A program made the position numbers and the translations under genes. This document shows, in pieces, positions 48,569-56,602 of a DNA stretch of 57,579 nucleotides. Every line of letters begins with the position of its first letter. The stretch's first letter is position 1. This DNA comes from a virus (lineage: Duplodnaviria > Caudoviricetes): positions 1 to 57,579 of IMG/VR virus record IMGVR_UViG_3300025769_000133; one strand, 5' to 3'. A model generated the notes under the pieces. It was not told the origin of the DNA and ran no database searches. It worked only from the letters and a program-made list of their open reading frames with translations.

Positions 48569-48856
48569 TTATCTTATTTTACGTTTACTTTTTCTATTTC
48601 TTAATGGACCTTTAGATTTATAGCTATCAACAACAGCTCCAGCTCCATATTCAGCCATATATTCTTTATTAGACATTCCTTTTTGATTAGGTTTACCTTC
48701 ATTAACTATAACATCTGGATTTTTAGGAACACCTTTATTATATAATCTTCTACTTTGTTCATCAAGTGTTTCAAACTCCATGTTTTTAGGATTATAATAC
48801 AAACCTTTACTTTTTTTTCGTTGTATTTTTCTTGGGCTAGGATGTCTATTTGGCAT
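48569..48856 (-). CDS. Hypothetical basic protein, 95 aa
   Basis: ORF track; tight packing. Confidence 0.65.
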   Translation of the reverse strand: MPNRHPSPRKIQRKKSKGLYYNPKNMEFETLDEQSRRLYNKGVPKNPDVIVNEGKPNQKGMSNKEYMAEYGAGAVVDSYKSKGPLRNRKSKRKIR

Positions 48857-48859
48857 AAT

Positions 48860-49015
48860 CTAGTTTTTAAAAGCTAAAAGTAATTCTCTTAATCCCATAC
48901 CAAAAGCTACACCAGCATAAAGTGGATGGGCTTCTAATAAAAGTATTGCACCTAACATACCACAAGCTACTGATTTAGAAAGTGGGTGATTTACTATTTG
49001 TTTTACTGTTTCCAT
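48860..49015 (-). CDS. Small hydrophobic membrane protein, 51 aa (METVKQIVNHPLSKSVACGMLGAILLL...)
   Basis: Read by hand; A/T-rich leader; two hydrophobic stretches. Confidence 0.65.
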   Translation of the reverse strand: METVKQIVNHPLSKSVACGMLGAILLLEAHPLYAGVAFGMGLRELLLAFKN

Positions 49016-49024
49016 AATTTTAAT

Positions 49025-49372
49025 TTAATGACCCCAAGTAGATGGATCCATAGGGTCATAGTTTACATTATATATTCCGCCTACAGTACCTGGAACTCTA
49101 GTACCAAGATTAACTTTTTTACCACTAGGTTTGGATGATCCTGGCATAGGAGGTTTAAGTGTATTTGCTATATTAGTATTTGTACTTCCAGTTTTTGAGT
49201 CAGAATCGTCATCATCATCATTGTCTTTGCAAGCACTAGGATTTTCTCTACAATATTTTTCTTGTTGTTTTCTTTCCGCTGTTTCAGCAAACTTATCAGT
49301 AGCTTCCATCATTTTTTCTCCAACTACATTTGGGTCAGCTGGAGCAATATATCTAGGTTGTCTATAACTCAT
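49025..49372 (-). CDS. Hypothetical protein, 115 aa
   Basis: ORF track; ATGA overlap with upstream gene. Confidence 0.65.
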   Translation of the reverse strand: MSYRQPRYIAPADPNVVGEKMMEATDKFAETAERKQQEKYCRENPSACKDNDDDDDSDSKTGSTNTNIANTLKPPMPGSSKPSGKKVNLGTRVPGTVGGIYNVNYDPMDPSTWGH

Positions 49373-49617
49373 GATCTTCTATTTTTCATTTTACTACCTT
49401 TTCTAAGCTCTGGGTATTTAGAATACACACAACTTTTTATAGCTTCTGGGTCTTCAGCGTTATGCGCTAGACTTAGAGCAGACTTTGCTCTTTTTAAACT
49501 ATCTACAGGATATGTTTCATCTGGTCCACAAAAATTACCTTTAGCAACGTTTTTATATGTATAAGCATTTGATTTACCTGGTTCTTCTCTAAGCTCTGTT
49601 AAATTATCTTTTTTCAT
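49369..49617 (-). CDS. Hypothetical protein, 82 aa (FCGP..TYPV..RAKSAL motif)
   Basis: ORF track. Confidence 0.7.
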   Translation of the reverse strand: MKKDNLTELREEPGKSNAYTYKNVAKGNFCGPDETYPVDSLKRAKSALSLAHNAEDPEAIKSCVYSKYPELRKGSKMKNRRS

Positions 49618-49621
49618 AATA

Positions 49622-49765
49622 CTATTTGTTATAAGGAAACATTTCGTTTAGCTTATTTTTTCTTGCGCTACAGCCGCAACCGCCTGGTATTTTATCAGCT
49701 AACTTTTTTATACCTGTAGCTGTAGTAAATTTTTCTATTGTATCGCCTAAACCTTTTGATTTCAT
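49622..49765 (-). CDS. Small protein, 47 aa (MKSKGLGDTIEKFTTATGIKK...GCGCSARKNKLNEMFPY)
   Basis: Read by hand; fills the gap exactly; GLGD...CGC..RK..LN pattern. Confidence 0.75.
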   Translation of the reverse strand: MKSKGLGDTIEKFTTATGIKKLADKIPGGCGCSARKNKLNEMFPYNK

Positions 49766-49766
49766 T

Positions 49767-50042
49767 TTAATTTTTTTTCTTTTTATATAGTTCTTGATCT
49801 ATCTCTCTACACCAGTCTCTGAGTTCTTTAACTTCTTTTTCAAGTTCATTAATATGATCAGTATGCCAATTTTGTTTTAAATCGTATTCTATACGATCTA
49901 TAACAGCTTTAGGCATTTTTTTAGCGTCTGCTATGTCATCTTGTAAAGTATAATACATACCAACTAAAGACGCTGTAAACATTATTATACCTAAAATAGT
50001 TTTAAGATCTATTTTAAGTTCTGTATTTTGACTTATCTTCAT
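49767..50042 (-). CDS. Membrane-anchored coiled-coil protein (possible spanin/lysis accessory)
   Basis: One TM helix then coiled coil; ATAA/ATG overlap with the amidase stop. Confidence 0.6.
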   Translation of the reverse strand: MKISQNTELKIDLKTILGIIMFTASLVGMYYTLQDDIADAKKMPKAVIDRIEYDLKQNWHTDHINELEKEVKELRDWCREIDQELYKKKKN

Positions 50043-50452
50043 AAATTTTTATACTCCTCAGTTGCATCAAAACTAGGGCAAGCTTTATTAGCAAAGTCTC
50101 TATGCCCATGTATAGTTGCTTCAGGATACATTGCTTTTAATGTTCTTAACACTGCTAGCAAGCTATCTTTCTGACAATCATATCTAGTATCTTTCGGGGT
50201 CTTACCATCTGCTTCTACGCCTCCGCAATAGCATATACCTATTGAATTACGATTCTGCCCTTTAGAGTGAGCCCCGATTTTAGCTATATCTCTACCTTTG
50301 TGTATTTCACCATATAAGTCTATATAGAAATGATAGCCTATGTCGCTCCAACCTCTACCGTCTACGTGCCAACTACGTATAGTATCTACAGTGTAGTTTT
50401 CACCTTCCCTGGTAGCAGAGCAATGTACAATTAGTTTATTTATTTCTCTCAT
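50039..50452 (-). CDS. N-acetylmuramoyl-L-alanine amidase endolysin (T7 lysozyme-like)
   Basis: IVHCSAT, GWSDIGYHF, IGAH, SIGICYCGG, GHRDF..KACPSFD Zn-amidase motifs. Confidence 0.92.
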   Translation of the reverse strand: MREINKLIVHCSATREGENYTVDTIRSWHVDGRGWSDIGYHFYIDLYGEIHKGRDIAKIGAHSKGQNRNSIGICYCGGVEADGKTPKDTRYDCQKDSLLAVLRTLKAMYPEATIHGHRDFANKACPSFDATEEYKNL

Positions 50453-50600
50453 CACTATTATTTTTCATCAGCCACCAACGATGGGCTGTGTAACCTATAG
50501 TAACTAATAAAAGTGTAATTTTTAACACTGGTTCTAACCAATCCATCATTGTAACGCCAAATGCTCCAGCATTTAAAACGTACAGTTTAATATCTTCCAC
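50436..50600 (-). CDS. Small holin-like membrane protein, 54 aa (GTG start)
   Basis: Read by hand: ..DIKLYVLNAGAFGVTMMDWLEPVLKITLLLVTIGYTAHRWW..; overlaps the amidase start. Confidence 0.6.
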   Translation of the reverse strand: MEDIKLYVLNAGAFGVTMMDWLEPVLKITLLLVTIGYTAHRWWLMKNNSDERNK

Positions 50601-50603
50601 AAC

Positions 50604-50774
50604 TTACTGATTTGCTCTAAGAGCAGCGTTGCCTTTGTATTCTATATTATCTATTCTTAAACTAGTTCTAATAGACACATCTCTCGACTTCATAGATCTT
50701 TCTCCAGCTAAAGGCTTTAAACAAGGTTTACACTGTTTTCCTGCTGGTATTTGTTTTTCTCCGTAACTTGGCAT
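50604..50774 (-). CDS. Small hypothetical protein, 56 aa (MPSYGEKQIPAGKQCKPC...)
   Basis: Read by hand; A/T-rich leader; fills gap. Confidence 0.6.
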   Translation of the reverse strand: MPSYGEKQIPAGKQCKPCLKPLAGERSMKSRDVSIRTSLRIDNIEYKGNAALRANQ

Positions 50775-50783
50775 AATTTATTT

Positions 50784-50993
50784 TTACATTGTTAGTGATT
50801 GTCCTGTAGCAGGATCTACTTGGGTAGTATTACCAAGTTGATTTACTTTAGCAGTTGAAGCATATACTGGATTCATAGGTAGTGTACCTGCTCCTGATAT
50901 ATCTTGAAACTGTGTAAAATTTCTTTGTGTTTGTGGATCTTGCTGCGTTTGCGGCATACCACTAAGTATTTTATTTGGTTGATTATTAATCAT
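50784..50993 (-). CDS. Hypothetical Gln/Pro/Thr-rich protein, 69 aa
   Basis: ORF track. Confidence 0.6.
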   Translation of the reverse strand: MINNQPNKILSGMPQTQQDPQTQRNFTQFQDISGAGTLPMNPVYASTAKVNQLGNTTQVDPATGQSLTM

Positions 50994-51008
50994 AATTAGT
51001 TTTATTTT

Positions 51009-51428
51009 TTAAGGTTTTTTTCTTCCTCTTTTTATTACGTTTTCTCCTTTTACAAAATATAAACCACCTTTTGGATCTCTTAGGTTGCCCTTTTCATCAG
51101 TGTCCCAACCTCCAAACTCTTCTACCATTCCTGATTTCTTATTTATAGGAACACCAGTAGTATCTATTTCCATATATCTCGCATTTGACCCATCTTCAGG
51201 TTCGTATTTTGTAGCTGTATGCCCTGTCATTGGAGTGCTGGGTCCAAATAAACTCGGAGCTTTACGCATTGGCAAAACTTTCTCAGGTAAGTCTTGATTA
51301 GGGTATACTCTTACAGTATCACTTGGAGCTGGTCGTGGTGGATCTATAGGTTTTTTATTTCCTAAAACATCTGAATCTGTTCGAGAAAAGTTAGCGTAAT
51401 CTTTTTGATTGTTTTTTCTTAGTGCCAT
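51009..51428 (-). CDS. Hypothetical protein, 139 aa
   Basis: ORF track. Confidence 0.65.
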   Translation of the reverse strand: MALRKNNQKDYANFSRTDSDVLGNKKPIDPPRPAPSDTVRVYPNQDLPEKVLPMRKAPSLFGPSTPMTGHTATKYEPEDGSNARYMEIDTTGVPINKKSGMVEEFGGWDTDEKGNLRDPKGGLYFVKGENVIKRGRKKP

Positions 51429-51433
51429 AATTA

Positions 51434-51610
51434 TTATTTATATGATTTTTCGTAATCTCCCATATCATAATCACTATGATCAGTAGATCCAGTGCTGTGG
51501 AAATCGTCTAAAGCTCGTCTCTGCTCAGGCGTAAGATTATCTCTACCTTTAGCTTCTAACCTCTTCATTTTTCGAGCTTCTCTTTTCTTTTTGTTAAATA
51601 ACTTACTCAT
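51434..51610 (-). CDS. Small hypothetical protein, 58 aa (MSKLFNKKKREARKMKRLE...)
   Basis: Read by hand; TAATG coupling. Confidence 0.6.
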   Translation of the reverse strand: MSKLFNKKKREARKMKRLEAKGRDNLTPEQRRALDDFHSTGSTDHSDYDMGDYEKSYK

Positions 51611-52038
51611 TATCTTGTTTTATCTTTATTTACGTTGTTTATGGAAGTTTTTAAAACAACGTCCATATAGTTATTTTTAAGCTTTTTGCTGGGCATATCT
51701 TCTTCGCCCAGCATAATACGGTACATACGACTAATTAACTGTTTGCACTTTATGGATACTTTATAGATATGATATTTCTGCGTTGTCCTATTGCGTTTTC
51801 TCCAAACTACTATCCAACCCTCTTTTAACAATCTGTTCCAGCGCCTGTTATCCCAGCTGTATGAGTACGTACCGGTTTTAAAATCTTGTTTTGTGAATAA
51901 ATCTACTGCTTCTAAATATATTAATAATTCTAAATCAGCATCATTTAATCCGTTTGTTTTGCAAGCCCACTTGCGAATGATTCTATAATGTTTAAGTAAA
52001 TTTAATTCTCTAAGATCACCTGAGGTGAGTTTTCTCAT
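51610..52038 (-). CDS. Winged-helix (MarR-like) DNA-binding protein
   Basis: GLNDADLELLIYL...FTKQDF...RLLKEGWIV...IYKVSIKCKQLI wHTH pattern. Confidence 0.55.
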   Translation of the reverse strand: MRKLTSGDLRELNLLKHYRIIRKWACKTNGLNDADLELLIYLEAVDLFTKQDFKTGTYSYSWDNRRWNRLLKEGWIVVWRKRNRTTQKYHIYKVSIKCKQLISRMYRIMLGEEDMPSKKLKNNYMDVVLKTSINNVNKDKTR

Positions 52039-52511
52039 TTCCAGTTTTTTCCTAAGTTTCTTTTTTTAACACCTTTTGTTATTGGTCTATCAGCATCGTC
52101 ACTAGGTAGTAACTCTACTTTTTTATTACCTTTGTTAAAATAAAATTCTCTTTTTTCATTATTATACTCTGTAAGATCTCCTTTATTTTTATCAGTATAA
52201 CCTTGTTTGAACTTTGAAATAGCATCTTTTCTTTTAGGTGGATTTTCTGGAAAAGGGTTATAAACTTTTTCATGTAATTTTTTATATCTATTAGTTTCAG
52301 ATTTGCCTTTAGATTCCATCTTTTTCAACCTAGCATTTCTATCGTATTGTTTATTTTCTCTTTGATACTCTTTCCATTCTCCATCTGCTTTCATTTCTCT
52401 TCTATTCTCTCTTTTTCGCTTAGCGTTTTTCAACATTTGAAGTATACCTTCTCCTCTGACTTCATCAGGACGTTGAGCTCTTTTCTTGGAACTTGGAAAA
52501 ACATTTTTCAT
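52035..52511 (-). CDS. Hypothetical Lys/Arg-rich protein, 158 aa
   Basis: ORF track. Confidence 0.65.
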   Translation of the reverse strand: MKNVFPSSKKRAQRPDEVRGEGILQMLKNAKRKRENRREMKADGEWKEYQRENKQYDRNARLKKMESKGKSETNRYKKLHEKVYNPFPENPPKRKDAISKFKQGYTDKNKGDLTEYNNEKREFYFNKGNKKVELLPSDDADRPITKGVKKRNLGKNWK

Positions 52512-52516
52512 ATTAT

Positions 52517-53023
52517 CTATATACGTTTCTTAGATTTCATATTTATCGTACCAGAACCTGACATCGATTTCATTCTTTTTGTTATCGTACCAGAACCTGA
52601 CATCGTTTTTGGTGCCGTTCTAGTTTTTGTAGGTCTACTTGATGTAGTAGTTTTTGAAAAAGTTTTGCCACCCTTTTTAACTGTCTTTTTTGTTCTTGTG
52701 GATTTAACACCTACGTCTGTTTTAGAAGATACTTTAGATTTTGCTTTTTTAACTGGTTTATATTTTTTACTAGCATTTGCGCTACTCACTTTTTTGTTAA
52801 GGAACTTTTCTGTTTTCTTTTTTACCTTATCTTCCTGTTTTTTCTCTACCTTATCGTACTTCTCTTTACTAATGCTTTTTACTTTACCTCTTCTATTGGT
52901 TTTACTATAAGTTGTTTTAACTTCAGTTTTTCCATCTTCAACAGGTTTTTTTCTTTTAGGAGCCATTTTAGCACTTCTAGATGATGTTGATTTTTTAGCA
53001 GTTGGTTTTTTTCTAATTGCCAT
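52517..53023 (-). CDS. Very basic low-complexity (histone H1-like composition) protein, 168 aa
   Basis: Lys/Ser/Thr dominated with very few aromatic residues. Confidence 0.65.
   Translation of the reverse strand: MAIRKKPTAKKSTSSRSAKMAPKRKKPVEDGKTEVKTTYSKTNRRGKVKSISKEKYDKVEKKQEDKVKKKTEKFLNKKVSSANASKKYKPVKKAKSKVSSKTDVGVKSTRTKKTVKKGGKTFSKTTTSSRPTKTRTAPKTMSGSGTITKRMKSMSGSGTINMKSKKRI
52543..52605. repeat. 24-bp direct repeat x2 (TTATCGTACCAGAACCTGACATCG), 39-bp period, encoding MSGSGTI
   Basis: Identical copies at 52543-52566 and 52582-52605. Confidence 0.9.
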
Positions 53024-53028
53024 AATTA

Positions 53029-53289
53029 TTATATTACTATTACTATATCTTGTTCTTTAATTACTTTGAACATTTTACTTTCAATTTCAATATTAAAACC
53101 AGCGTGTCTATCATAATAGATTTTATCACCTTTATTTAATAATGTTACATCAGAACCTGGGTTTAATACCTCAGCTTCTTGATATCTAATATCTTCTCGT
53201 TGTTTATCTGACAAGAGTAAACCACCTTTTGTTTCGGTGGTTTTTTCTTGTAGTTCTTTTATTACTATATATTTACCTACTGCTTTCAT
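53029..53289 (-). CDS. groES: Co-chaperonin GroES (Cpn10)
   Basis: MKAVGKYIVIK...TKGGLLL...GDKIYY...VIKEQDIV. Confidence 0.85.
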   Translation of the reverse strand: MKAVGKYIVIKELQEKTTETKGGLLLSDKQREDIRYQEAEVLNPGSDVTLLNKGDKIYYDRHAGFNIEIESKMFKVIKEQDIVIVI

Positions 53290-54823
53290 TTGCTCTTAAA
53301 TTATTAATAACACAATCAGTGGATAATATAGTTGTAGCTACTGAAGCCGCGTTAACTAAAGCACTTTTAGTAACAAGTAATGGATCAATAATCCCTGCTT
53401 TAACCATATTTACTTCTTTTCCTGTAACCACATTTAAACCTTTGTTTTTAACATTGGGATAAACAATTTCAAGACCTGCGTTTGCAAGGATAGTTTCATA
53501 AGGAGCTTTAATTGCTTTTAGCAATACTTTTTCACCTTCAGTCTTAGCCTTTGTATAAACAGACGCATTAAGCAAAGCGATACCTCCTCCTGGAACTATA
53601 CCTTCTTTAATAGCGGCTTTTGTAGCACATATAGCATCTTCTACTCTATCTTTCTTTTCTTTTAACTCTACTTCAGAACTAGCACCAACTTTAACAATAG
53701 CAACCTTACCTGCTAATCTAGCCATTCGCTTTTCTAGTTGAATAACCATGTTAGGGTTTTTTGTTTGCTTTATCTGTTCTTTTAACTCACTTATTATTTT
53801 ATCTATTTCTTCAGAAAAATAATCTTGTTGAATTATAGTTTCAGATGTAGTGCTTACGGCTTTGAAACAACTTCCTAGATGTTCTTCTGTTATAAGATCC
53901 ATATCATCGCCTAAATCCTCATTTATAATAGTAGCACCTGTTATTAAAGATAAGTCTTTTAATGTATTTAACTTGTTTACTCCAAAAACTGGAGCGTCAA
54001 CTACATTAACTTTAATATTGCCTTTCATTTTATTCATGGCTAATGCTGATAAAACAGCTGGCTCCATGTCTGCAATAATCAATAAAGCTTTGTTCTTTTT
54101 TATAACATATTCTAGTACGCCTTGTATTTGCCTTATGTTATCTATCTTGTTTTCTACAATTAATACTAGAGCGTTATCTAATTCTGCTATACCTCTGTCA
54201 TTATTAGTGATAAAGTGAGGATTTTTAAAACCTTTGTCGTATTGAGCTCCATCTACTACTTCTACAACTGTTTTTGGAGCATCGTGTGTTTCCATCATTA
54301 CAACACCAGTCTCGTCAACGGCTTTAAATGCATCAGCAATAATTCGTCCAAGTTCTGTATCATTATTCGCGGATATCGATGCAACTTGGTGGATTGACTC
54401 GCCTGTTACTTCTATTGATATTTTTTCTAAATATTTTATTACAGAATCAACAGCTTTGTTAACGCCTTCTTTAATTGCTCTTATATCTGTTTTTGAGCTT
54501 TTATATGCTTCAGTTAATATAGCGTGTGCTAATACTGTCGATGTTGTAGTTCCATCACCAGCTTCTTTAACGGTTTTTCTAGCTGCTTCTTTTAAAAGCT
54601 TAGCACCCATATTTTCTACTGGATCTAGCAATATAATACTATCTGCTACTGTTACTCCGTCTTTAGTTATTTGAGGGTTTCCTGCGCCGTCTTCTAGTAT
54701 AACACACTTGCCGCTAGCTCCTAAAGTAGAGCTAACAGCTTTAGTGAGTTTCTCTATACCGCTAAATATAGCGGATTTAGCGTCTTCACCGAAGTTAAGA
54801 TGCTTTACTATTGTTTCGTTCAT
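53273..54823 (-). CDS. groEL: Chaperonin GroEL (Cpn60)
   Basis: AVSSTLG, ITKDGVTVA, AGDGTTT, ISANND, EKKDRVEDAICATKAA..EGIVPGGG, GIIDP. Confidence 0.96.
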   Translation of the reverse strand: MNETIVKHLNFGEDAKSAIFSGIEKLTKAVSSTLGASGKCVILEDGAGNPQITKDGVTVADSIILLDPVENMGAKLLKEAARKTVKEAGDGTTTSTVLAHAILTEAYKSSKTDIRAIKEGVNKAVDSVIKYLEKISIEVTGESIHQVASISANNDTELGRIIADAFKAVDETGVVMMETHDAPKTVVEVVDGAQYDKGFKNPHFITNNDRGIAELDNALVLIVENKIDNIRQIQGVLEYVIKKNKALLIIADMEPAVLSALAMNKMKGNIKVNVVDAPVFGVNKLNTLKDLSLITGATIINEDLGDDMDLITEEHLGSCFKAVSTTSETIIQQDYFSEEIDKIISELKEQIKQTKNPNMVIQLEKRMARLAGKVAIVKVGASSEVELKEKKDRVEDAICATKAAIKEGIVPGGGIALLNASVYTKAKTEGEKVLLKAIKAPYETILANAGLEIVYPNVKNKGLNVVTGKEVNMVKAGIIDPLLVTKSALVNAASVATTILSTDCVINNLRANESSR

Positions 54824-54851
54824 TTGATTTAATTAAATTAGATTTGGTTTT

Positions 54852-55139
54852 TTACTCGAATGTTTTGACCACTTTTGGTCCTTTTAAAAATTCTAGCTTT
54901 TTAGAGTAATGCTCTATAGAAGCATCTATAGCTTGTTCAGCTCCTTGTATTGTTTCTCTTCTAGTCACGTCTATCCATTCTTCTTCTTCTGGATGTAAAT
55001 ACTCTGTTTGTAAAAATCCATTTGGTAACTGAACAATTCTCCAATTGCTCTTTGTGGTTATATGTTTCCAAAGGTTGATCATTCTTTGATCTGGTCGTGT
55101 AGCAGAGGTAAAATCTCTACTGGTGTATAAAAACGTCAT
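54852..55139 (-). CDS. Hypothetical protein, 95 aa
   Basis: ORF track; NWRIVQLPNG..W.DVTRRET; directly upstream of groEL. Confidence 0.75.
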   Translation of the reverse strand: MTFLYTSRDFTSATRPDQRMINLWKHITTKSNWRIVQLPNGFLQTEYLHPEEEEWIDVTRRETIQGAEQAIDASIEHYSKKLEFLKGPKVVKTFE

Positions 55140-55164
55140 AGTATTTGGTTTTAGTTAAACGTTT

Positions 55165-55200
55165 GGTTATTTATACTATCACATGATAGTTCGGTTATTT
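55165..55200. promoter_or_regulatory. Palindrome ACTATCA-CA-TGATAGT flanked by GGTTATTT direct repeats; candidate promoter/operator of the groEL unit
   Basis: Palindrome at 55175-55190 in the intergenic gap. Confidence 0.4.
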
Positions 55201-56599
55201 AGTGATTAAGGCTTTGAGTAGCTAACATAATTCCCAAGATTCCTGCTCCTGGGTCTGGTTCTTTAACACAGTACAAGTCATATACTTCATAAATAAATCC
55301 TGTACCTGGTGTTGCAATTTGACTTCCTTGTCCCACATTACCATCAGTTGAGTTAGGGAATTTAACCAAACCATCCTGATAAAATAAGTTCAATTTAAAA
55401 CCTGGCTCTTGGTAAAAAGCTATAAATTTATAAGTAGCTCCTACAACTGCATTAGTTATGTTTATATCAACTGATTGATATAAATCAAAAAAGTTGTTGT
55501 TTGCTCTTCTTACATCTAAATCAACTTTTGTTGGAGGAGCTGGCCAACCTGTATCACCATCTGGTGTAGTTCCAGTAGTTGAAACTTCCCAATTATCTTG
55601 CTTTAAATTTAAGGTTCCTCTTTTCATACTAACGCTAGTTGGAGCTGCCGTTGGTTTAGACTCTCCAAAGTCAACACCACCAGCTACTGAAATAGTAAGT
55701 TCTCCAGGTGCTTCTGGTCCCAGTGGTTGTGACGCCAGTATACTCCATTTATTCTCGTTACCTATGTTTGTGATCCAACTATTGTCAAAAACTAAGTTTG
55801 AATTAGCTACATTAGTATTTTGACTGACTGTTTGTTTCCATTCTACACCTTGAGCAGCTGCACTGTTTGCTGTTAATACATAATCATTTGTGCCTACTGA
55901 TAATACACTAGATGAATTAGCTGAATTACCAACAAAAATACTACCTTTATTTAAATTAGGAGTGGCATTAGTTCTACCTATTGCAGTTACTTGAATACTA
56001 CCAGATGACCCAGGGCTATTTTTAATTATTATACCAACGTTTTGTATTAAACCTGTTTCTCCAGTTGGAGTATCTGTAGTTATACCTGGTATACTTCCTA
56101 GAAAATCACCACCAACATATAATATAGAAGCTTCTGCAGGTGATCCTTCTATACCCGCTGTGTTAATACCATCTAGTATTCCGGATATTATCATTTCACC
56201 TGTAGATCCAATTCCTATTTCCTCATTGGCTAATCCAGAAACGGGCATTAAGTTTGCGTCTGACGAAAGTGCTACATCTACTGTTGGAACTATTCCACTA
56301 ACACCTGTTATGTGTAGCGGTTGGCCTTTTTGTATTACTGAACCTGTTTCGTTTTTTACTGTCTCAACTAGTCTACTTCCATCTGCTGTCGATGTTATTG
56401 TAACATCACCTGTACCAGTAACAGGATCTATAGCTATATTTTGACCAGCTATAATACTACTAACCCCAGAAACAGTTGCGCCTCTTATGTCACTTATCAA
56501 TACTTGCTTAGTCTTCTTGCCATCTTCAGAATCAGATATTAGTATTAAATCATTATTAGCAGGATTACTTTTTTTAGGATATGTATATATTATAGGCAT
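55199..56599 (-). CDS. Tail fibre/virion appendage protein, 466 aa
   Basis: N-term YTYP...DLILISDS...TKQV; GVSSIIAGQNIAI..GTGDVTI; VKNETGSVIQKG; GTNDYVLTANS..GVEW. Confidence 0.65.
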   Translation of the reverse strand: MPIIYTYPKKSNPANNDLILISDSEDGKKTKQVLISDIRGATVSGVSSIIAGQNIAIDPVTGTGDVTITSTADGSRLVETVKNETGSVIQKGQPLHITGVSGIVPTVDVALSSDANLMPVSGLANEEIGIGSTGEMIISGILDGINTAGIEGSPAEASILYVGGDFLGSIPGITTDTPTGETGLIQNVGIIIKNSPGSSGSIQVTAIGRTNATPNLNKGSIFVGNSANSSSVLSVGTNDYVLTANSAAAQGVEWKQTVSQNTNVANSNLVFDNSWITNIGNENKWSILASQPLGPEAPGELTISVAGGVDFGESKPTAAPTSVSMKRGTLNLKQDNWEVSTTGTTPDGDTGWPAPPTKVDLDVRRANNNFFDLYQSVDINITNAVVGATYKFIAFYQEPGFKLNLFYQDGLVKFPNSTDGNVGQGSQIATPGTGFIYEVYDLYCVKEPDPGAGILGIMLATQSLNH

Positions 56600-56602
56600 A
56601 AT

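Noticed and set aside
52543-52605. 24-bp repeat as a mini-CRISPR array
   Set aside because: Only two copies, a 15-bp spacer, in frame inside a CDS, and no cas genes.
12832-56444. Many + strand ORFs of 60-190 aa in the ORF track within the late region
   Set aside because: Antisense shadows of Lys/Glu-rich minus-strand genes (Phe/Ser/Leu-rich), nested in well-supported CDSs.
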